A stretch of 64,000 nucleotides of DNA. Source: Trueperaceae bacterium (GTDB taxonomy: Bacteria; Deinococcota; Deinococci; Deinococcales; Trueperaceae). Every line of letters begins with the position of its first letter. Positions within the stretch are counted from its first letter, which is position 1. The translations under genes were made by a program, and so were the position numbers. This document shows positions 27,086 to 38,864 of the stretch, in pieces. Location of the stretch: positions 256,001 to 320,000 of the forward strand of contig CBDCDZ010000004.1 of assembly GCA_965215565.1 (NCBI GenBank), given 5' to 3'. Below the pieces are notes generated by a model. The model saw nothing but the letters and a program-made list of their open reading frames with translations. It ran no database searches and had not been told where the DNA came from.

Positions 27086-28465
27086 ATGGCATTGGACGCG
27101 ATCATTATCGGCGCAGGGCAGGGCGGCGGACCTCTCGCGGGCGCACTTTCAGAGGCGGGGCGCAAGGTGGCGCTCATCGAGAAGGCGCACGTGGGCGGGA
27201 CCTGCGTGAACGAGGGCTGCACGCCAACCAAGACGATGGTAGCGAGCGCGCGGGTGGCGCACGTCGCGCGGCGGGCGGCGCATTACGGCGTTCACGTGGG
27301 CTCGGGGGACATATCCGTCGACATGAAGAGGGTCCGCGAGAGGAAGAATGAGGTTGTCGCCACCTTCCGCGAGGGGAGCGAGAAGGGCGTTCGGGACAAA
27401 GAGAACGTCGAACTGCTGATGGGCACGGCGACATTCACCGGTGAGAAAACGGTAGAGGTCAGCCTAAACGACGGCGGCACCCGCGAGTTAAACGCCGATA
27501 CCATTGTCATCAACGCAGGTCAGCGTCCGAACATCCCGCCGGTCGAGGACTTGGACAGCGTTCCTTACCTGACCTCGACGTCGGTCATGGAGCTTGACGA
27601 GGTGCCGAAGCACCTGCTCGTCTTGGGCGGCGGCTACATCGGCTTGGAGTTCGCACAGATGTTCCGCCGCTTCGGAGCCGAGGTGACCGTCGTGCAGCGG
27701 AACAGCCAGCTTTTGCCGAGGGAGGATGAAGACGTCGCCGACACCGTCGCCGACATTTTGCGGGATGACGGTATCACCGTTTTGCTGAACAGCGAAGCGC
27801 AGCGTGTATCGCAGGAAGATGGAGTCTCGCTCACTGTGAAGGGCGAAGGGGGCGAACGGACCTTGCGCGGCTCGCACCTTTTGGTGGCGACGGGGCGCAA
27901 GTCGAACAGCGACACGTTGAACTTAGAGGCAGCAGGTGTGAAGGTCGATAAGCGCGGCAACATCGAGGTGAACGGGAGTTTGGAGACGAATGTCCCCGGA
28001 GTCTACGCCATCGGCGACATCAAGGGCGGTCCTGCATTTACCCACGTCTCTTACGACGACTACCGCATCTTGAGAGACAACCTCTTAAATGACGCGAAGA
28101 GGACGATTGACGGGCGCATCGTCCCGTACACCGTTTTCATGGATCCGCAACTCGGTCACGTGGGGCTCAACGAGAAAGACGCCAGGGACGCAGGCTACAA
28201 CGTCAAAGTGGCCAAGATGCCGCTCGCCTACGCCGCGAGAGCTATCGAAATTGACGAGACGCGCGGGCTCCTCAAAGCCGTCGTGGACGCCGACACCGAC
28301 AAGATTTTAGGCGCGACGATGCTGAGCTTCGACGGCGGCGAAGTCGTCACCATAGTCCAGACGGCGATGCTCGGCAGGGTGCCCTATCAAGTGCTGCGCG
28401 ACAGTCCCTTCTCGCACCCTACCTTAGCGGAGTCGCTCAACAACCTCTTTTCGTCGTTCGAGTGA
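27086..28465 (+). CDS. class I pyridine nucleotide-disulfide oxidoreductase (mercuric-reductase-like/RclA-like)
   Basis: IIIGAG, GGTCVNEGCTPTK and LGGGYIGLEFAQ motifs; C-terminal HPTLAE; no C-terminal CC pair. Confidence 0.92.
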   Translation: MALDAIIIGAGQGGGPLAGALSEAGRKVALIEKAHVGGTCVNEGCTPTKTMVASARVAHVARRAAHYGVHVGSGDISVDMKRVRERKNEVVATFREGSEKGVRDKENVELLMGTATFTGEKTVEVSLNDGGTRELNADTIVINAGQRPNIPPVEDLDSVPYLTSTSVMELDEVPKHLLVLGGGYIGLEFAQMFRRFGAEVTVVQRNSQLLPREDEDVADTVADILRDDGITVLLNSEAQRVSQEDGVSLTVKGEGGERTLRGSHLLVATGRKSNSDTLNLEAAGVKVDKRGNIEVNGSLETNVPGVYAIGDIKGGPAFTHVSYDDYRILRDNLLNDAKRTIDGRIVPYTVFMDPQLGHVGLNEKDARDAGYNVKVAKMPLAYAARAIEIDETRGLLKAVVDADTDKILGATMLSFDGGEVVTIVQTAMLGRVPYQVLRDSPFSHPTLAESLNNLFSSFE

Positions 28466-28563
28466 GGAGGAAGTAGGAATAAATGAGGTGAGAACCAAGA
28501 ATTCTACTCTCTTCTTACTCTCAGCTTTGACTCAGGTGCTCGAGCAAGAGGTACGATGTCGGC

Positions 28564-28992
28564 ATGGCACAAGGTTTATTCAACCTCATCAATATCCTCC
28601 CGCTCCCCATCTGGCTCGGGATGCTCCTCTTCCCGCGTGCGCGCTTCACGGAGCGTCTAGTCCTCGCGTACTGGCCCTACATCGCGCTCGGCGGGGTATA
28701 CACGCTTCTCTTGCTCGTCGCGCTCGCGACGGGCTCGGGCAGCTTCGACCTCTCGTTCGATACGTTGCGGGCTAGCTTTTCGCAGGAGTGGACCTTTTTG
28801 GCGGGGTGGGCGCACTACATCGCTCTGGACCTCTTCGTGGGCGTGTGGATCTTTCGCGACGCGAAGTACTGGGGCGTCAACCCGCGCTTATTCGTCTTAC
28901 TCACGCTCTTCTTTGGACCGCTCGGCTTGGCGAGTTACCTGATGGCGCGCCAGCGCAAGCAGAAAGATGACCCGGTGCGGGTGCTGAATTAG
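28564..28992 (+). CDS. ABA4-like (DUF4281) membrane protein
   Basis: W.HY.A.DLFVG.WI..D...L.LT..FGPLGL..Y signature. Confidence 0.88.
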   Translation: MAQGLFNLINILPLPIWLGMLLFPRARFTERLVLAYWPYIALGGVYTLLLLVALATGSGSFDLSFDTLRASFSQEWTFLAGWAHYIALDLFVGVWIFRDAKYWGVNPRLFVLLTLFFGPLGLASYLMARQRKQKDDPVRVLN

Positions 28993-28995
28993 AGG

Positions 28996-29991
28996 CTAGT
29001 CCCGCTCGACTCGGTAGATGACGCCGCGGCTGAAGTCGCTGATCAAAAGACTGCCGTCAAGCCCTAAAAGGTGTTGCGGTGCTTGCAACCCTGTAACGAA
29101 CGGCTCGACGTTGCCGCTCTCAAGCGAAACGCGAACGACGCCCGCTTCTACGGGTCCCCACAGCGCGACTAAAAGCGCACCCTTCTCGAAAGGCGACATG
29201 ATGACGCTCGTCGGCGTCGAGTTGGGCGCGAAGAGTGCCAGGGGAGCCTGGGTTTCCTCGCACTCCTCCGCCGTGCCGCCGTAGTTCCGCGCCGCCTCTT
29301 GCTCTCCGTAACACTGCGGCCAACCGTAGTCGCTGCCCTCAGTGATGAGGTTGAGTTCGTCCGGCGGCGCTTGACCGTTCACAGGGTCGTCGCCGACTTC
29401 GGTGGAGAAGAGTTCACCATTCTTGCTGAAAGTATGCGCGTAGGCCCCTTTAAGCCCCGTCGCGACGGCTGAGGGATTCGTCGAATCGTCGGGGTCTAGG
29501 CGCTGGAGCGTCCCTGAGCCTTCCTGCGCTTTGTTTCCTACGCGGCGTCCGCTCGTCTCGAAGAGAAGTTGACCGTCCGGCGTCACGGTGAGGGTGCCGT
29601 TCGAACGTCCGTTGAAAGGCAAATCGGATAAAACCGTCTCAGGCGCACCTACACCTGGTTCTGTAAGCGGCGCACGGAGCAGGGCGCGTCCCGCTGCAAC
29701 CCACAGATAACCGCCCGAAACAGCAATGCCGGTAGGTTTTAAGAGGCTGTCGAGGAGCACCTCGCGCTCATCCGTTTCCATCGACAGCGCCACGACTTGC
29801 CCCGTCCCTGCATTTTCGCCCCCGGCGAGTTGTGCCAGCCAGAGCCGTTCATCCGGTCCTACAATCATCTGCGTCGGGCCGCGCAGCCCTTCGGCGAAAA
29901 CCGAAGCGCTGTAGCCATCCGGTAACGTCAATTGGGCGAAAGCGAAACTGAGGACGAGCGTGCTGAGCAAAGATAGAAGAGCTTTAGACAT
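28996..29991 (-). CDS. glucose/sorbosone dehydrogenase-like beta-propeller protein
   Basis: Signal peptide; LPDGY...FAEGL..P; PPDELNLI.EG.DYGWP.CYG. Confidence 0.85.
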   Translation of the reverse strand: MSKALLSLLSTLVLSFAFAQLTLPDGYSASVFAEGLRGPTQMIVGPDERLWLAQLAGGENAGTGQVVALSMETDEREVLLDSLLKPTGIAVSGGYLWVAAGRALLRAPLTEPGVGAPETVLSDLPFNGRSNGTLTVTPDGQLLFETSGRRVGNKAQEGSGTLQRLDPDDSTNPSAVATGLKGAYAHTFSKNGELFSTEVGDDPVNGQAPPDELNLITEGSDYGWPQCYGEQEAARNYGGTAEECEETQAPLALFAPNSTPTSVIMSPFEKGALLVALWGPVEAGVVRVSLESGNVEPFVTGLQAPQHLLGLDGSLLISDFSRGVIYRVERD

Positions 29992-30042
29992 CGTTCAATG
30001 TAACAGCCTCGCCGTGCCCGCGCCGTGAGCTACGTTCACGCT

Positions 30043-31074
30043 TTAAGGTTGCTCGAGTGGCTGAATCCACACGTTGCGGTAATGCACCCTGTCGCGGTGT
30101 GCTTGTAAGACGACAGGACCAACTTCAGAATCTTCGGTGTTACCGAGGCGTGTGGGTCCTGGAATTTGTACGTCCTCTTGAATGAGCGTCCCATTGAGGC
30201 GCACGCTGACCCGCGCGTCCTCGACTTTTGCCCCCGCTTCAAAGCGCGGCGCGCTGAAGAGGATGTCGTAGCGCTGCCACTCCCCGGCGGGCAAGCTCGC
30301 GTTGGTGCTCGCGTCCGACACGCCGTAGACCGCGCCTACATCGTCTTCGCCCTCCAACGTTCGCCCATAAGAGTCGAGCACCTGAATCTCGTAGCGCCCT
30401 TGTAAGTAGACGCCGCTGTTCCCCCGCGCCTGCTCGTCGGCGTCTTCGGGGCTTTCTGGCACGTTAAATTCGACGTGGAGCCAGAAATCTCTGTAGACCT
30501 CTTTCGTGCGGAGGTCGTTGTCGCCTACACTGTCGCCGGGAAGGACCTCGAGCGCTCCCTCCTCGATTGTCCACAGCTCACCGCCTTCTTCTTCGGGCTC
30601 CCAGGCGGATAAGTCCGAGCCGTTAAAGAGTGCGGTTGCATCTGGTGGGAGAGGGGTGACGTCGAGGCTCGAGTACGCTGAAGCCCCTGCCGCATTCACC
30701 GCCCGCAGGCGGTACGTATAAGGTCGCCCTAAGATAACCTCTTCGTCGCGGTACTCGGTTGTGTCAGCGCCCAATGTGGCGACAAGTGCGAAGGTGTCAC
30801 CGGACAAGAGGTTTTGACGCTCGAGTTCGAACGAAGCCTCGCCCTCCACATCGTCCCAAGCGAGGACGGCGGCGGCAGATGTGCCCTCCCCAAAGTCTGC
30901 TGCAACCGTCGACAAGGTGAGGCCGCTGGGAACAGAAGGAACTTCCGATACGTCCGGCTGGGACGGCTGAGTCGGCTCCGCTTCCCCACTACAAGAGGCC
31001 AGCAAGACCAAAAGACAAAGGAGCACCGCTAAGGCGCTCCTCTTCATTGAGATTGCGTTCGCAGTGATCATCAA
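30043..31074 (-). CDS. lipoprotein with fibronectin-III and DUF1080 (3-keto-disaccharide hydrolase-like) domains
   Basis: LASC lipobox; YTYRLRAVN Fn3 motif; LFNGSDLSAW..GNSGVYLQGRYEIQVLDS..GEWQRYDI.F..LQAH..V.YRNVWI. Confidence 0.88.
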   Translation of the reverse strand: MMITANAISMKRSALAVLLCLLVLLASCSGEAEPTQPSQPDVSEVPSVPSGLTLSTVAADFGEGTSAAAVLAWDDVEGEASFELERQNLLSGDTFALVATLGADTTEYRDEEVILGRPYTYRLRAVNAAGASAYSSLDVTPLPPDATALFNGSDLSAWEPEEEGGELWTIEEGALEVLPGDSVGDNDLRTKEVYRDFWLHVEFNVPESPEDADEQARGNSGVYLQGRYEIQVLDSYGRTLEGEDDVGAVYGVSDASTNASLPAGEWQRYDILFSAPRFEAGAKVEDARVSVRLNGTLIQEDVQIPGPTRLGNTEDSEVGPVVLQAHRDRVHYRNVWIQPLEQP

Positions 31075-31173
31075 TATGCCTCTACGATGAATGAACGCGG
31101 GTATTATCCCCGAACGTGCGCTACAGTCAGTGCTTTTTCACTGAAAGCATCGGTGACCAGATAAGACCTGCTA

Positions 31174-32427
31174 CTAGTTGACCATCTTCGTGCGCCGCGA
31201 CTGGAAGTCCATCAGGATGTACTGCCCAATCGTGTGTGGCGTCGTGAAGTAGGCTTTGCCGTTTGTCATCGCTGAGACGCGCTGCACGAACGCCATGAGT
31301 TCGGGGTCACGCGCTAGCATAAACGTGTTCACCTGAATCCCTTGGCGGCGGCAACTGCCGACCTCCCGGAGCGTCTCGCCCAAAACCATCGGGTCCAGCC
31401 CATAAGCGTTTTTGTAGACGCGCCCGTTGGGGAGGGTGATCGCGGAGGGCTTGCCGTCCGTGATCATCACGATCTGCTTCATGTCCTTGTTTTGACGCTT
31501 CAAAATCTTCTGCGCTAAGCGCAAACCTTCAGCGGTGTTGGTGTGATACGGTCCCACCTGCGACTGGGCGAGCTTGGCTAAGGGAATCTCCTCGGCGGAG
31601 TTGTGAAACAAGACGAACTTGATGACGTCGCCGGGGTACTGCGTCTGGATGAGGTGAGAAAGTGCCAACGCCACCTGTTTGGCGGGCGTGAAGCGGTCCT
31701 CGCCGTACAAAATCATCGAGTGCGAGCAGTCGAGCATGACGACAGTTGCAGCCGACGAGTTGTACTCGGCTTGCATGACCTCTAAGTCGCCGTAGTCTAG
31801 ATTGAACTTGCCATCCTCGAAGCCGCGCTGCGCCGCGTTCTTAAACGTTTCGGAGAGGTTGAGGTTCATGGTGTCGCCGAACTCGTACGGTTTGGACTCG
31901 GCGGTGGCTTCGACGCCCGTCGTTTGAAACTGCGTTTCGTGTGCGCCGATAGACGACTTGCCTGCGCCACCTAAGACATCTTTGAGCGTGCGGTAGCCTA
32001 GAAAGTCGATGGCTTTGTTCGTCAGCTCGAACTTGACCTGACCGGGGTCGCGGTCGGGTCCTTGTCCGCCCTGACCACCGGGCTGGTTGGGGTCGCCGGG
32101 CTCCTGCCCCTCTTGCGGCTTGAGGTAGCCCTCGCGCTCTAAGCGCTGCGCCAACTCCTTGACGACTTCGCCAAGCTGCGAGTCCATCCAGTCCTCGTTT
32201 TCCATCGCTTGCTCGATCATCTCGTCCGAGACGAGTTCGTTGTTGATTAAAGCCTCGGCGATGGCGTCGTAGAGGTCTTGCATGGTCTGCTGATAGTTCG
32301 GATCGGGGTCCCAGGGGTTGCGCTGAAAGCCCGACTCTAGAAGGCGGTCCTGAATCATCTTCATCAGGTCAGCCATATCCAAATCGTCTAAGGTGGCTTC
32401 ATATTTGGAGTAACGAGTCGCGGACAT
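31174..32427 (-). CDS. vWA domain-containing protein (partner of the adjacent AAA+ ATPase)
   Basis: MIDAS motif DCSHSM, TNTAEGL and MITDGKPS. Confidence 0.9.
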   Translation of the reverse strand: MSATRYSKYEATLDDLDMADLMKMIQDRLLESGFQRNPWDPDPNYQQTMQDLYDAIAEALINNELVSDEMIEQAMENEDWMDSQLGEVVKELAQRLEREGYLKPQEGQEPGDPNQPGGQGGQGPDRDPGQVKFELTNKAIDFLGYRTLKDVLGGAGKSSIGAHETQFQTTGVEATAESKPYEFGDTMNLNLSETFKNAAQRGFEDGKFNLDYGDLEVMQAEYNSSAATVVMLDCSHSMILYGEDRFTPAKQVALALSHLIQTQYPGDVIKFVLFHNSAEEIPLAKLAQSQVGPYHTNTAEGLRLAQKILKRQNKDMKQIVMITDGKPSAITLPNGRVYKNAYGLDPMVLGETLREVGSCRRQGIQVNTFMLARDPELMAFVQRVSAMTNGKAYFTTPHTIGQYILMDFQSRRTKMVN

Positions 32428-32451
32428 TTGGTTCTCCTAACGGAGAGCGTC

Positions 32452-32565
32452 TCAGCATCTCAGCTAGTCAGCTTGTTTCGTTCCACCTGCGCGGAAACTG
32501 CGTAATCCGAAAACTTCGTAACAGGAAAAACCTGAAATGCCGACTAGCTGACTAGCTGATTAGCT
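32452..32565. repeat. inverted octamer (TCAGCTAG) tandem-repeat hairpin
   Basis: TCAGCATC-TCAGCTAG-TCAGCTTG ... CCGACTAG-CTGACTAG-CTGATTAG. Confidence 0.75.
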
Positions 32566-32569
32566 CTTT

Positions 32570-34015
32570 CTAATTCCAACGCCTACGCGCCGCTTGCCCC
32601 ATATCGGGCTCCGCCGCGCTGTAGCCGCGCTCTTCGCTTCTGGCGACTTGCTTGCGGGCATAAAGACCTTCTAGAACGAATTCGGCGGCGGCAGCTAAGT
32701 CGTCGCTCTCCTTGCCTTCAGCGAGTTCGCCCGCTGCGCCCATAAGTCCGGGGACGCTGCCCAAGACTTCTGGAAGCTGTTCGGTGCGGAGCGTATCGGG
32801 AACCTTGAGGGTGTTATCGGTATCAAAGAACTCAGTGATGGTGCTGGTTTCTAAATTGACACCTCGGCGGCTAAAGACCTGCCCGATGGCGCGGCGCACG
32901 ATGTCTTTGGCGACGACTTCGCCCCCTTTGAGTTCGCCTTCATATTCAAGCTCCAACTTCCCTGTCACCGCTGAAAGCCCTGCGTAGAGGTCGATGACGC
33001 GGGCAATCGGCGTGCTCTCGCCTAACATGTAGGCGCGGCGCTCCGCGTTACTCGCGACGTTCTCTAAAAGGCTGATGGGCAGACGCTGCGAGACGCCCGA
33101 GTGCTTGTCCACGCGGGAATCGTCGCGCGCTTGAAACGCCACCTCTTCGATGATCTCCGCGACGTACGAGGGGATTTTGACCTTGTTGCCCTCACCCGCG
33201 CTCCGCCCGAGCCACGCTTCTTGCGAAGTAATGGCCATGCTCTCCTCGACGGTGGCGGGATAGTGCGTGCGAATCTCCGAGCCGATGCGGTCTTTTAAGG
33301 GCGTGACGATCTTACCTCGCGCCGTGTAATCCTCGGGGTTGGCGCTAAAGACCATCATCACATCTAAGGGCAGGCGAATCGGGTAGCCCTTAATCTGCAC
33401 GTCGCCCTCTTGCATGATGTTGAACAGAGCGACTTGCACTTTACCGGAGAGGTCCGGGAGTTCGTTCATGGCGAAGACGCCGCGGTTGGCCCTTGGAAGA
33501 AGCCCGTAGTGGACACTTCTCTCGTCACCCATCTTCGTGCCGAGCCTGGCGGCTTTGATGGGGTCGATGTCGCCGATGATGTCGGCCACAGTGGCGTCCG
33601 GCGTAGCGAGCTTCTCGACGTAGCGGGCGTCTTTGGGGAGCCAGGTAATCGGTGTGGCGTCGCCCTCTTCCGCGACAATTTGCTTGCCGACAGCGCTGAC
33701 CGGGTTGAAGGGATCGTCGTTGAGTTCGCTCTCCGCAACCACCGGAATCTCGTCGTCTAAAAGCTCCACGAGTTGACGCAAAATGCGCGTCTTCGCCTGA
33801 CCGCGCAGTCCCAATAAGATAAAGTTGTGGCGGCTCAACAGAGCGTTGACGATTTGCGGCGTGACCGAGTTCTCGTAGCCAACGATGCCGGGGAAAATAG
33901 CTTTGTTTTCTTTCAAAAGGCAGATCAGGTTGTCGCGCAGTTCTTGCTTGACGCTGCGCCCGGACTTCGTGCTCCAGGGCGTGGCGCGGAGGTCTCCGAG
34001 TGTTGTAGCTTTCAT
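32570..34015 (-). CDS. MoxR/Mg-chelatase-like AAA+ ATPase
   Basis: GLRGQAKT Walker A variant, EKLATPD, RANRGVFAMNELPDL and SANPEDYT.RG.I.TPLKDR motifs. Confidence 0.92.
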   Translation of the reverse strand: MKATTLGDLRATPWSTKSGRSVKQELRDNLICLLKENKAIFPGIVGYENSVTPQIVNALLSRHNFILLGLRGQAKTRILRQLVELLDDEIPVVAESELNDDPFNPVSAVGKQIVAEEGDATPITWLPKDARYVEKLATPDATVADIIGDIDPIKAARLGTKMGDERSVHYGLLPRANRGVFAMNELPDLSGKVQVALFNIMQEGDVQIKGYPIRLPLDVMMVFSANPEDYTARGKIVTPLKDRIGSEIRTHYPATVEESMAITSQEAWLGRSAGEGNKVKIPSYVAEIIEEVAFQARDDSRVDKHSGVSQRLPISLLENVASNAERRAYMLGESTPIARVIDLYAGLSAVTGKLELEYEGELKGGEVVAKDIVRRAIGQVFSRRGVNLETSTITEFFDTDNTLKVPDTLRTEQLPEVLGSVPGLMGAAGELAEGKESDDLAAAAEFVLEGLYARKQVARSEERGYSAAEPDMGQAARRRWN

Positions 34016-34168
34016 GCTTTACTCCCCATATCTCCGATGGCGTGTGCTTTTTTATACATGACCATGTTCTATGTTAGCACCCCCAAAGCTGTGAGCTATG
34101 TGTAGGAGAGCGATATTGACCTTCATCGTTTGCGCTGGCGACAGGGTTGCAAAGAGCCGAGAATGAAA

Positions 34169-34624
34169 CTATTCACCGAGGTATACACGCAACTTGGTGT
34201 TGAAGAATGAAATACGCTGTAAATTTGATGATACGCAAAAAATTTGCCCTGCACAGGGGAGGCGCAGGGCACTTAGAGAGGAGATGGCGGAGGCACGGCT
34301 CAACGTCCTAGCCTCCTCGCTTAGCACTCGGCTAAACTGAGGGTAGTTTACGGGAAAGACTCTTACAAAGTTCTTACAACTGCACATCGCGAAAGTTGGG
34401 TGGAGGATTTGCAAAGAGGTTTTCACGGTAGCGATAGCGTCATCTTCGAAACCGTCTTCTACGTCGAGCCAGAAGTCGATGTCGGAGCAAGCGTCCACGC
34501 GGTTTAGGGCACCGGCACCCTCGAGCCACGCTGCGTGGATGCTCGGATGATGCGAACAGGTCTCGCGGAGCGTCTGAACGATGGCGTTTCTAGCAGAGAT
34601 GTGAATGGCGTCAGACTCGAGCAT
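34169..34624 (-). pseudogene. truncated nucleotidyltransferase-domain gene
   Basis: N-terminal AAWLEGA.A..RVD..SDIDFWLDV NTase motif; the sequence then loses protein-like character. Confidence 0.5.
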
Positions 34625-34701
34625 CCGTACAAGCCTAACCTTTCGCAGTCATCGCCTGTTCAGCTTCTTTTCGCTCACACGATTCGCGTTATGCTCCCTC
34701 C

Positions 34702-35952
34702 ATGATTAGACGAGCGGAATTTTTGAGCGTCGGTACGGAACTCCTACTCGGCGAGATTGTGGATACGAACAGCGCGTGGCTCGCTCAGGATGTAGCGCGG
34801 CGCGGCGTGGACGTACTCTGGTCGCAGCGTGTTGGGGATAACTTAGGGCGCATCGTGGAAGGTCTGAATCAAGCCTTATCGCGCAGCGACTTAGTGGTGA
34901 TGTGTGGCGGCTTGGGTCCAACGGATGATGACATGAGCCGCGAAGCGATCTCGGAGGCGGTAGGGGAGACGCCCGAAGTCGATGAGGCTTTAGAGCGCAC
35001 CTTGCGCGAGTGGTTCCAGACGTTCAGCCGCACGATGCCCGAGCGCAACCTCAAACAAGCGTGGCTCATTCCCTCGGCGGAGGCGCTGCCCAACCCGTTA
35101 GGAACTGCGCCGGGGTGGTTTGTGCGCACAGGTGACGGAGCGGCTGAGAAGGTGATCGTGGCGTTGCCGGGTCCACCCAGGGAACTGCAAAGGATGTGGC
35201 TTAAAGAGGTGGTGGGGCGGCTCGAGCTGCCCCAGTCCGCCCTCTACAGCAAAACCTTCAAAACACAAGGGCTGGGCGAGTCGGCGGCGGCGGAGAAGTT
35301 GGGTGAATTGACCCTCCGAGCCAACCCGAGCGTCGCCACCTACGCCAAACGTGACGGCGTCCACGTGCGCGTGGCGGCAAAAGCGGAGACCGACGAGGAA
35401 GCCGAGCAACTTGCTGCGCCCGTCGCCAGTCAGGTGCGGGGCGCGCTGGGCTCGCGCATTTGGGGCGAGGACGACGACGAACTCGCCGCGCTCATCGTTC
35501 AGAAACTAAAAGAGAACGGCAAAACGCTCGCGCTCCTAGAAGGCGTCACGAGCGGGCTCCTTAGCGACCTCATCACCTCGGTTGCGGGCGCGCCCTCGGT
35601 TTACCCCGGCGGCGTGGTAGCCTGCGGTGCGCAGACGAAGGCAGCGTTTGGCGTGCCCGAAGAGGTTTTGGATGCGCATGGGGACGTTTCAGAGGAGACC
35701 GCTAAAGCGATGGCGAAGGCTGCTGCAGAGCGCTTTTCGTCGGACTACGGGCTCGCCACAGTAGGCGTTCCTGGTCCCTCCGAAGAGGACGGCAAACCCG
35801 TCGGCGAGATGCACCTAGCGCTCTACGACGCGGCGCAGCGTACGGGCGAGGCGCGCAGCTTCAAGCTCCCCGAGTTGGAGCGCAACTGGCTCCGCGAACG
35901 CACCGCTTACGCCGCACTCGCCTTTTTGTGGGTACATCTGCGAGATGAATAG
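34702..35952 (+). CDS. cinA: competence/damage-inducible protein A (NMN deamidase-related)
   Basis: [25 protein letters not shown] and LPGPPRE motifs; CinA C-domain; immediately upstream of recA. Confidence 0.95.
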   Translation: MIRRAEFLSVGTELLLGEIVDTNSAWLAQDVARRGVDVLWSQRVGDNLGRIVEGLNQALSRSDLVVMCGGLGPTDDDMSREAISEAVGETPEVDEALERTLREWFQTFSRTMPERNLKQAWLIPSAEALPNPLGTAPGWFVRTGDGAAEKVIVALPGPPRELQRMWLKEVVGRLELPQSALYSKTFKTQGLGESAAAEKLGELTLRANPSVATYAKRDGVHVRVAAKAETDEEAEQLAAPVASQVRGALGSRIWGEDDDELAALIVQKLKENGKTLALLEGVTSGLLSDLITSVAGAPSVYPGGVVACGAQTKAAFGVPEEVLDAHGDVSEETAKAMAKAAAERFSSDYGLATVGVPGPSEEDGKPVGEMHLALYDAAQRTGEARSFKLPELERNWLRERTAYAALAFLWVHLRDE

Positions 35953-36008
35953 TTGATTTTAGCTCAGCAGCTTCGCGCTGCTTAACCACCTATCACTTGG
36001 AGGCACTT

Positions 36009-37055
36009 ATGGACGAACAACGAAAACGCAGTTTGGACACCACCCTCTCGCAGATCGAGAAACAGTTTGGCAAAGGGGCTGTCATGCGCCTGGGCGACGA
36101 AGGGAGCCTGACCCCCCAAGGCGTCATCTCAACGGGCTCGATGTCAGTGGACTTGGCATTAGGGGTAGGCGGGGTACCGAGAGGACGGATCATCGAGGTG
36201 TACGGACCCGAGTCCGGGGGTAAAACCACGCTCTCACTTCATATCGTGGCGGAAGCGCAAAAACAAGGCGGCGTGGCTGCGTTCGTAGACGCCGAACACG
36301 CCCTGGACCCCTCCTACGCGAAAGCACTCGGCGTGGATACCGAAAACCTGCTGGTCTCGCAACCCGATACGGGCGAACAAGCCTTGGAGATCACCGAACT
36401 CCTGGTTCGTAGCGGCGCAGTGGACGTGATCGTGGTGGACTCGGTGGCTGCTCTCGTGCCCAGGGCTGAAATCGAAGGGGAGATGGGCGACTCTCACGTC
36501 GGCTTACAAGCCCGCTTGATGAGCCAAGCCTTGCGCAAGCTAACAGGTGTTTTATCCAAAAGCCACACCACGGCGATTTTTATCAACCAGATCAGAGAGA
36601 AGATCGGCGTGTTGTACGGCAACCCGGAGACGACGCCTGGGGGACGCGCCCTGAAGTTCTACTCCTCAGTCAGGATGGAAGTGAGACGTAAAGGGGACGT
36701 GAAGTCGGGCGCAGATAAGGTAGGGAACCGCACCCGGGTCAAGGTCACGAAGAACAAAGTTGCGCCGCCCTTTAAGGAAGCGGAAGTGGAGATCATGTTC
36801 GGACGGGGGATTGACAAACTCGGGGACCTGATCAACATCGCTAGTGACTTAGACATCGTGCAGAAGTCGGGCTCGTTCTATAAGTACGAGGGCAGTACGA
36901 TTGGGCAGGGCAAGGAGAAAGCGAGTACCTACCTAGAGGAGCACCCACAGCTCATCGAGGAGGTCAAGCAGAAGGTCATGGCTGCGATTCAAGGTGTGCC
37001 CTATGAGCCTAAAGTGGGTGGGGATGATGGGGACGGGGAGGCTGATGAGGAATGA
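36009..37055 (+). CDS. recA: recombinase RecA
   Basis: [36 protein letters not shown] and [12 protein letters not shown] motifs; GGAGG RBS before ATG 36009. Confidence 0.99.
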   Translation: MDEQRKRSLDTTLSQIEKQFGKGAVMRLGDEGSLTPQGVISTGSMSVDLALGVGGVPRGRIIEVYGPESGGKTTLSLHIVAEAQKQGGVAAFVDAEHALDPSYAKALGVDTENLLVSQPDTGEQALEITELLVRSGAVDVIVVDSVAALVPRAEIEGEMGDSHVGLQARLMSQALRKLTGVLSKSHTTAIFINQIREKIGVLYGNPETTPGGRALKFYSSVRMEVRRKGDVKSGADKVGNRTRVKVTKNKVAPPFKEAEVEIMFGRGIDKLGDLINIASDLDIVQKSGSFYKYEGSTIGQGKEKASTYLEEHPQLIEEVKQKVMAAIQGVPYEPKVGGDDGDGEADEE

Positions 37056-38722
37056 ACGCCCTCCTATTCATCGTCGCGCTGCTCTTGGGCGGCGCGGTAG
37101 GGGGGGTGATCGGCTTTTTAGTGCGCCAGCGCCGCGACGAAGAGGTCACCGCGCGGGCGCAGGAGGAGGCGGCTGAGCTTAGACGCAGCGCTCAAGAGGA
37201 GGCGGAGCGCGTTGTCTCGGGGGCGCAAGCCGAACGGCGCGACCTCATCGCAGCGGAGCGCGAAAGGTTGGAGGCGGAAGCGCTTAGAGCAAGAAATATC
37301 TTAGAAGCCGATCTAGAGCGCCTTCGTCAGGTTGCCCAGGAGGACCTCTCGAGAGGTCGCACTGCCCTGGAAGAGGAACGCGCCAGCGTGCGCGAACTGC
37401 GCGACGAGGTCAAGCGCGACCGTGAGCGCGTGGACGCCTCCGAAGAGCGCCTCAACAGGCGAGGGGAGCAGCAAGACGCTCGCGCCCTGCGCCTGGACGA
37501 TCAAGAGGAACGCTTAGACGCGCGCGAAGCGGAGTTGAGGGTCAAGGCCGACGATCTCGACAAGGAGCGTGCCGAAGTCGAGCGCCAGCTCTACGAGACC
37601 GCGCAACTGACCCGCGAGGGAGCCTCCGAGATTATCCTCACCCGTCTGGACGGCGAGTTGGAGCGCGAAAAAGCCACGCGCATCCGCGCCGAACTCGACA
37701 AAGCGGACGCTGAAGCCAAGCGCAAGAGCACCAACATCATCGCGCAAGCGATTCAGCGAAGCGCGTCAGAAGTTTCTGCCGCCATCAGCGTCTCCGTCGT
37801 GCCCATTCCCAGCGACAACATGAAAGGGCGTATCATCGGGCGCGAGGGGCGCAACATCCGCGCGTTTGAAGCCCTGACGGGCGTGGACCTCATCATCGAC
37901 GACACACCCGAAGCCGTGCTGCTCAGCTCGTTTAACCCTATCCGCCGCGAGGTTGCCAAGCTCGCCCTGACCGAACTCGTCGCCGACGGGCGCATCCACC
38001 CCGCCCGCATCGAGGAGATGGTGCAAAAGGCGCAGACCGAGATGCAGTCCTATATCCGTGAGCGCGGCGACGAAGCCGCCTTAGAAGCTAACATCGTCGG
38101 CATCAAACCGGGGATGCTGCAACTCTTAGGGCGGATGCACTTTCGCACCTCTTACGGGCAAAACGTCCTCATCCACTCCGTCCAGGTGGCGTACCTCACG
38201 GGCATCATCGCTGCTGAAATCGGGCTGGACGAGAACCTAGCGCGGCGTGCCGGGCTGCTGCACGACATCGGCAAGTCCATCGACCGCGAAATCGAGGGCA
38301 CCCACACCGAAATCGGCGCGAACTTAGGGCGTCGCTTCGGTGAGTCGAAAGAGGTCATCGACGCGATTGCCCACCACCACGACTTAGAACTCGCCGAAAC
38401 GCTCTATCCGGTTATCGTCTCCGCTGCCGACGCGATTAGCGCGGCGCGTCCCGGCGCACGCCGCGAGACGTTGGAGACCTACCTCAAACGCTTGGAAGGC
38501 TTAGAGAGTATCGCCACAAGCTTCCCTGGCGTCGAAAAGTCCTACGCCATCCAAGCCGGACGCGAAATCCGCATTATCGTCGAGCCGGAAAAGGTGGACG
38601 ACGCCTCGGCCGTTCTACTCGCTAGGGATGTCGCCAACCGCATCGAGCAAGACATGGAGTATCCGGGGCAGGTTCAAGTCACCGTTGTGAGGGAATCCAG
38701 AGCGGTGCAGTACGCGAGGTAG
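37052..38722 (+). CDS. rny: ribonuclease Y
   Basis: N-terminal TM helix, coiled coil, KH motif ([13 protein letters not shown]) and HD motif (LLHDIGK). Confidence 0.98.
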   Translation: MNALLFIVALLLGGAVGGVIGFLVRQRRDEEVTARAQEEAAELRRSAQEEAERVVSGAQAERRDLIAAERERLEAEALRARNILEADLERLRQVAQEDLSRGRTALEEERASVRELRDEVKRDRERVDASEERLNRRGEQQDARALRLDDQEERLDAREAELRVKADDLDKERAEVERQLYETAQLTREGASEIILTRLDGELEREKATRIRAELDKADAEAKRKSTNIIAQAIQRSASEVSAAISVSVVPIPSDNMKGRIIGREGRNIRAFEALTGVDLIIDDTPEAVLLSSFNPIRREVAKLALTELVADGRIHPARIEEMVQKAQTEMQSYIRERGDEAALEANIVGIKPGMLQLLGRMHFRTSYGQNVLIHSVQVAYLTGIIAAEIGLDENLARRAGLLHDIGKSIDREIEGTHTEIGANLGRRFGESKEVIDAIAHHHDLELAETLYPVIVSAADAISAARPGARRETLETYLKRLEGLESIATSFPGVEKSYAIQAGREIRIIVEPEKVDDASAVLLARDVANRIEQDMEYPGQVQVTVVRESRAVQYAR

Positions 38723-38795
38723 AGAGAAAGGTTAAAGAGAAAAGGACTGAGAGAAAAGTAAAATCTTTCACCTCAGTCCTTTTCTCTTTTCTCTC
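38722..38795. repeat. long purine/pyrimidine inverted repeat (terminator-like)
   Basis: AAAGAGAAAAGGACTGAG ... CTCAGTCCTTTTCTCTTT. Confidence 0.75.
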
Positions 38796-38864
38796 GCCTT
38801 GTACAACCTCGAGCCCCACCCCCTCCACACGGTAAACTTGGGCTATCTTCTCCCTGGAGGCTCC

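Noticed and set aside
27086..28465. merA mercury resistance
   Set aside because: Lacks the C-terminal Cys-Cys pair and NmerA domain, and there is no mer operon context.
34689..34705. RDRM (DdrO box) at the cinA start
   Set aside because: Only the left half (TTATGCT) matches; better explained as a -10 box.
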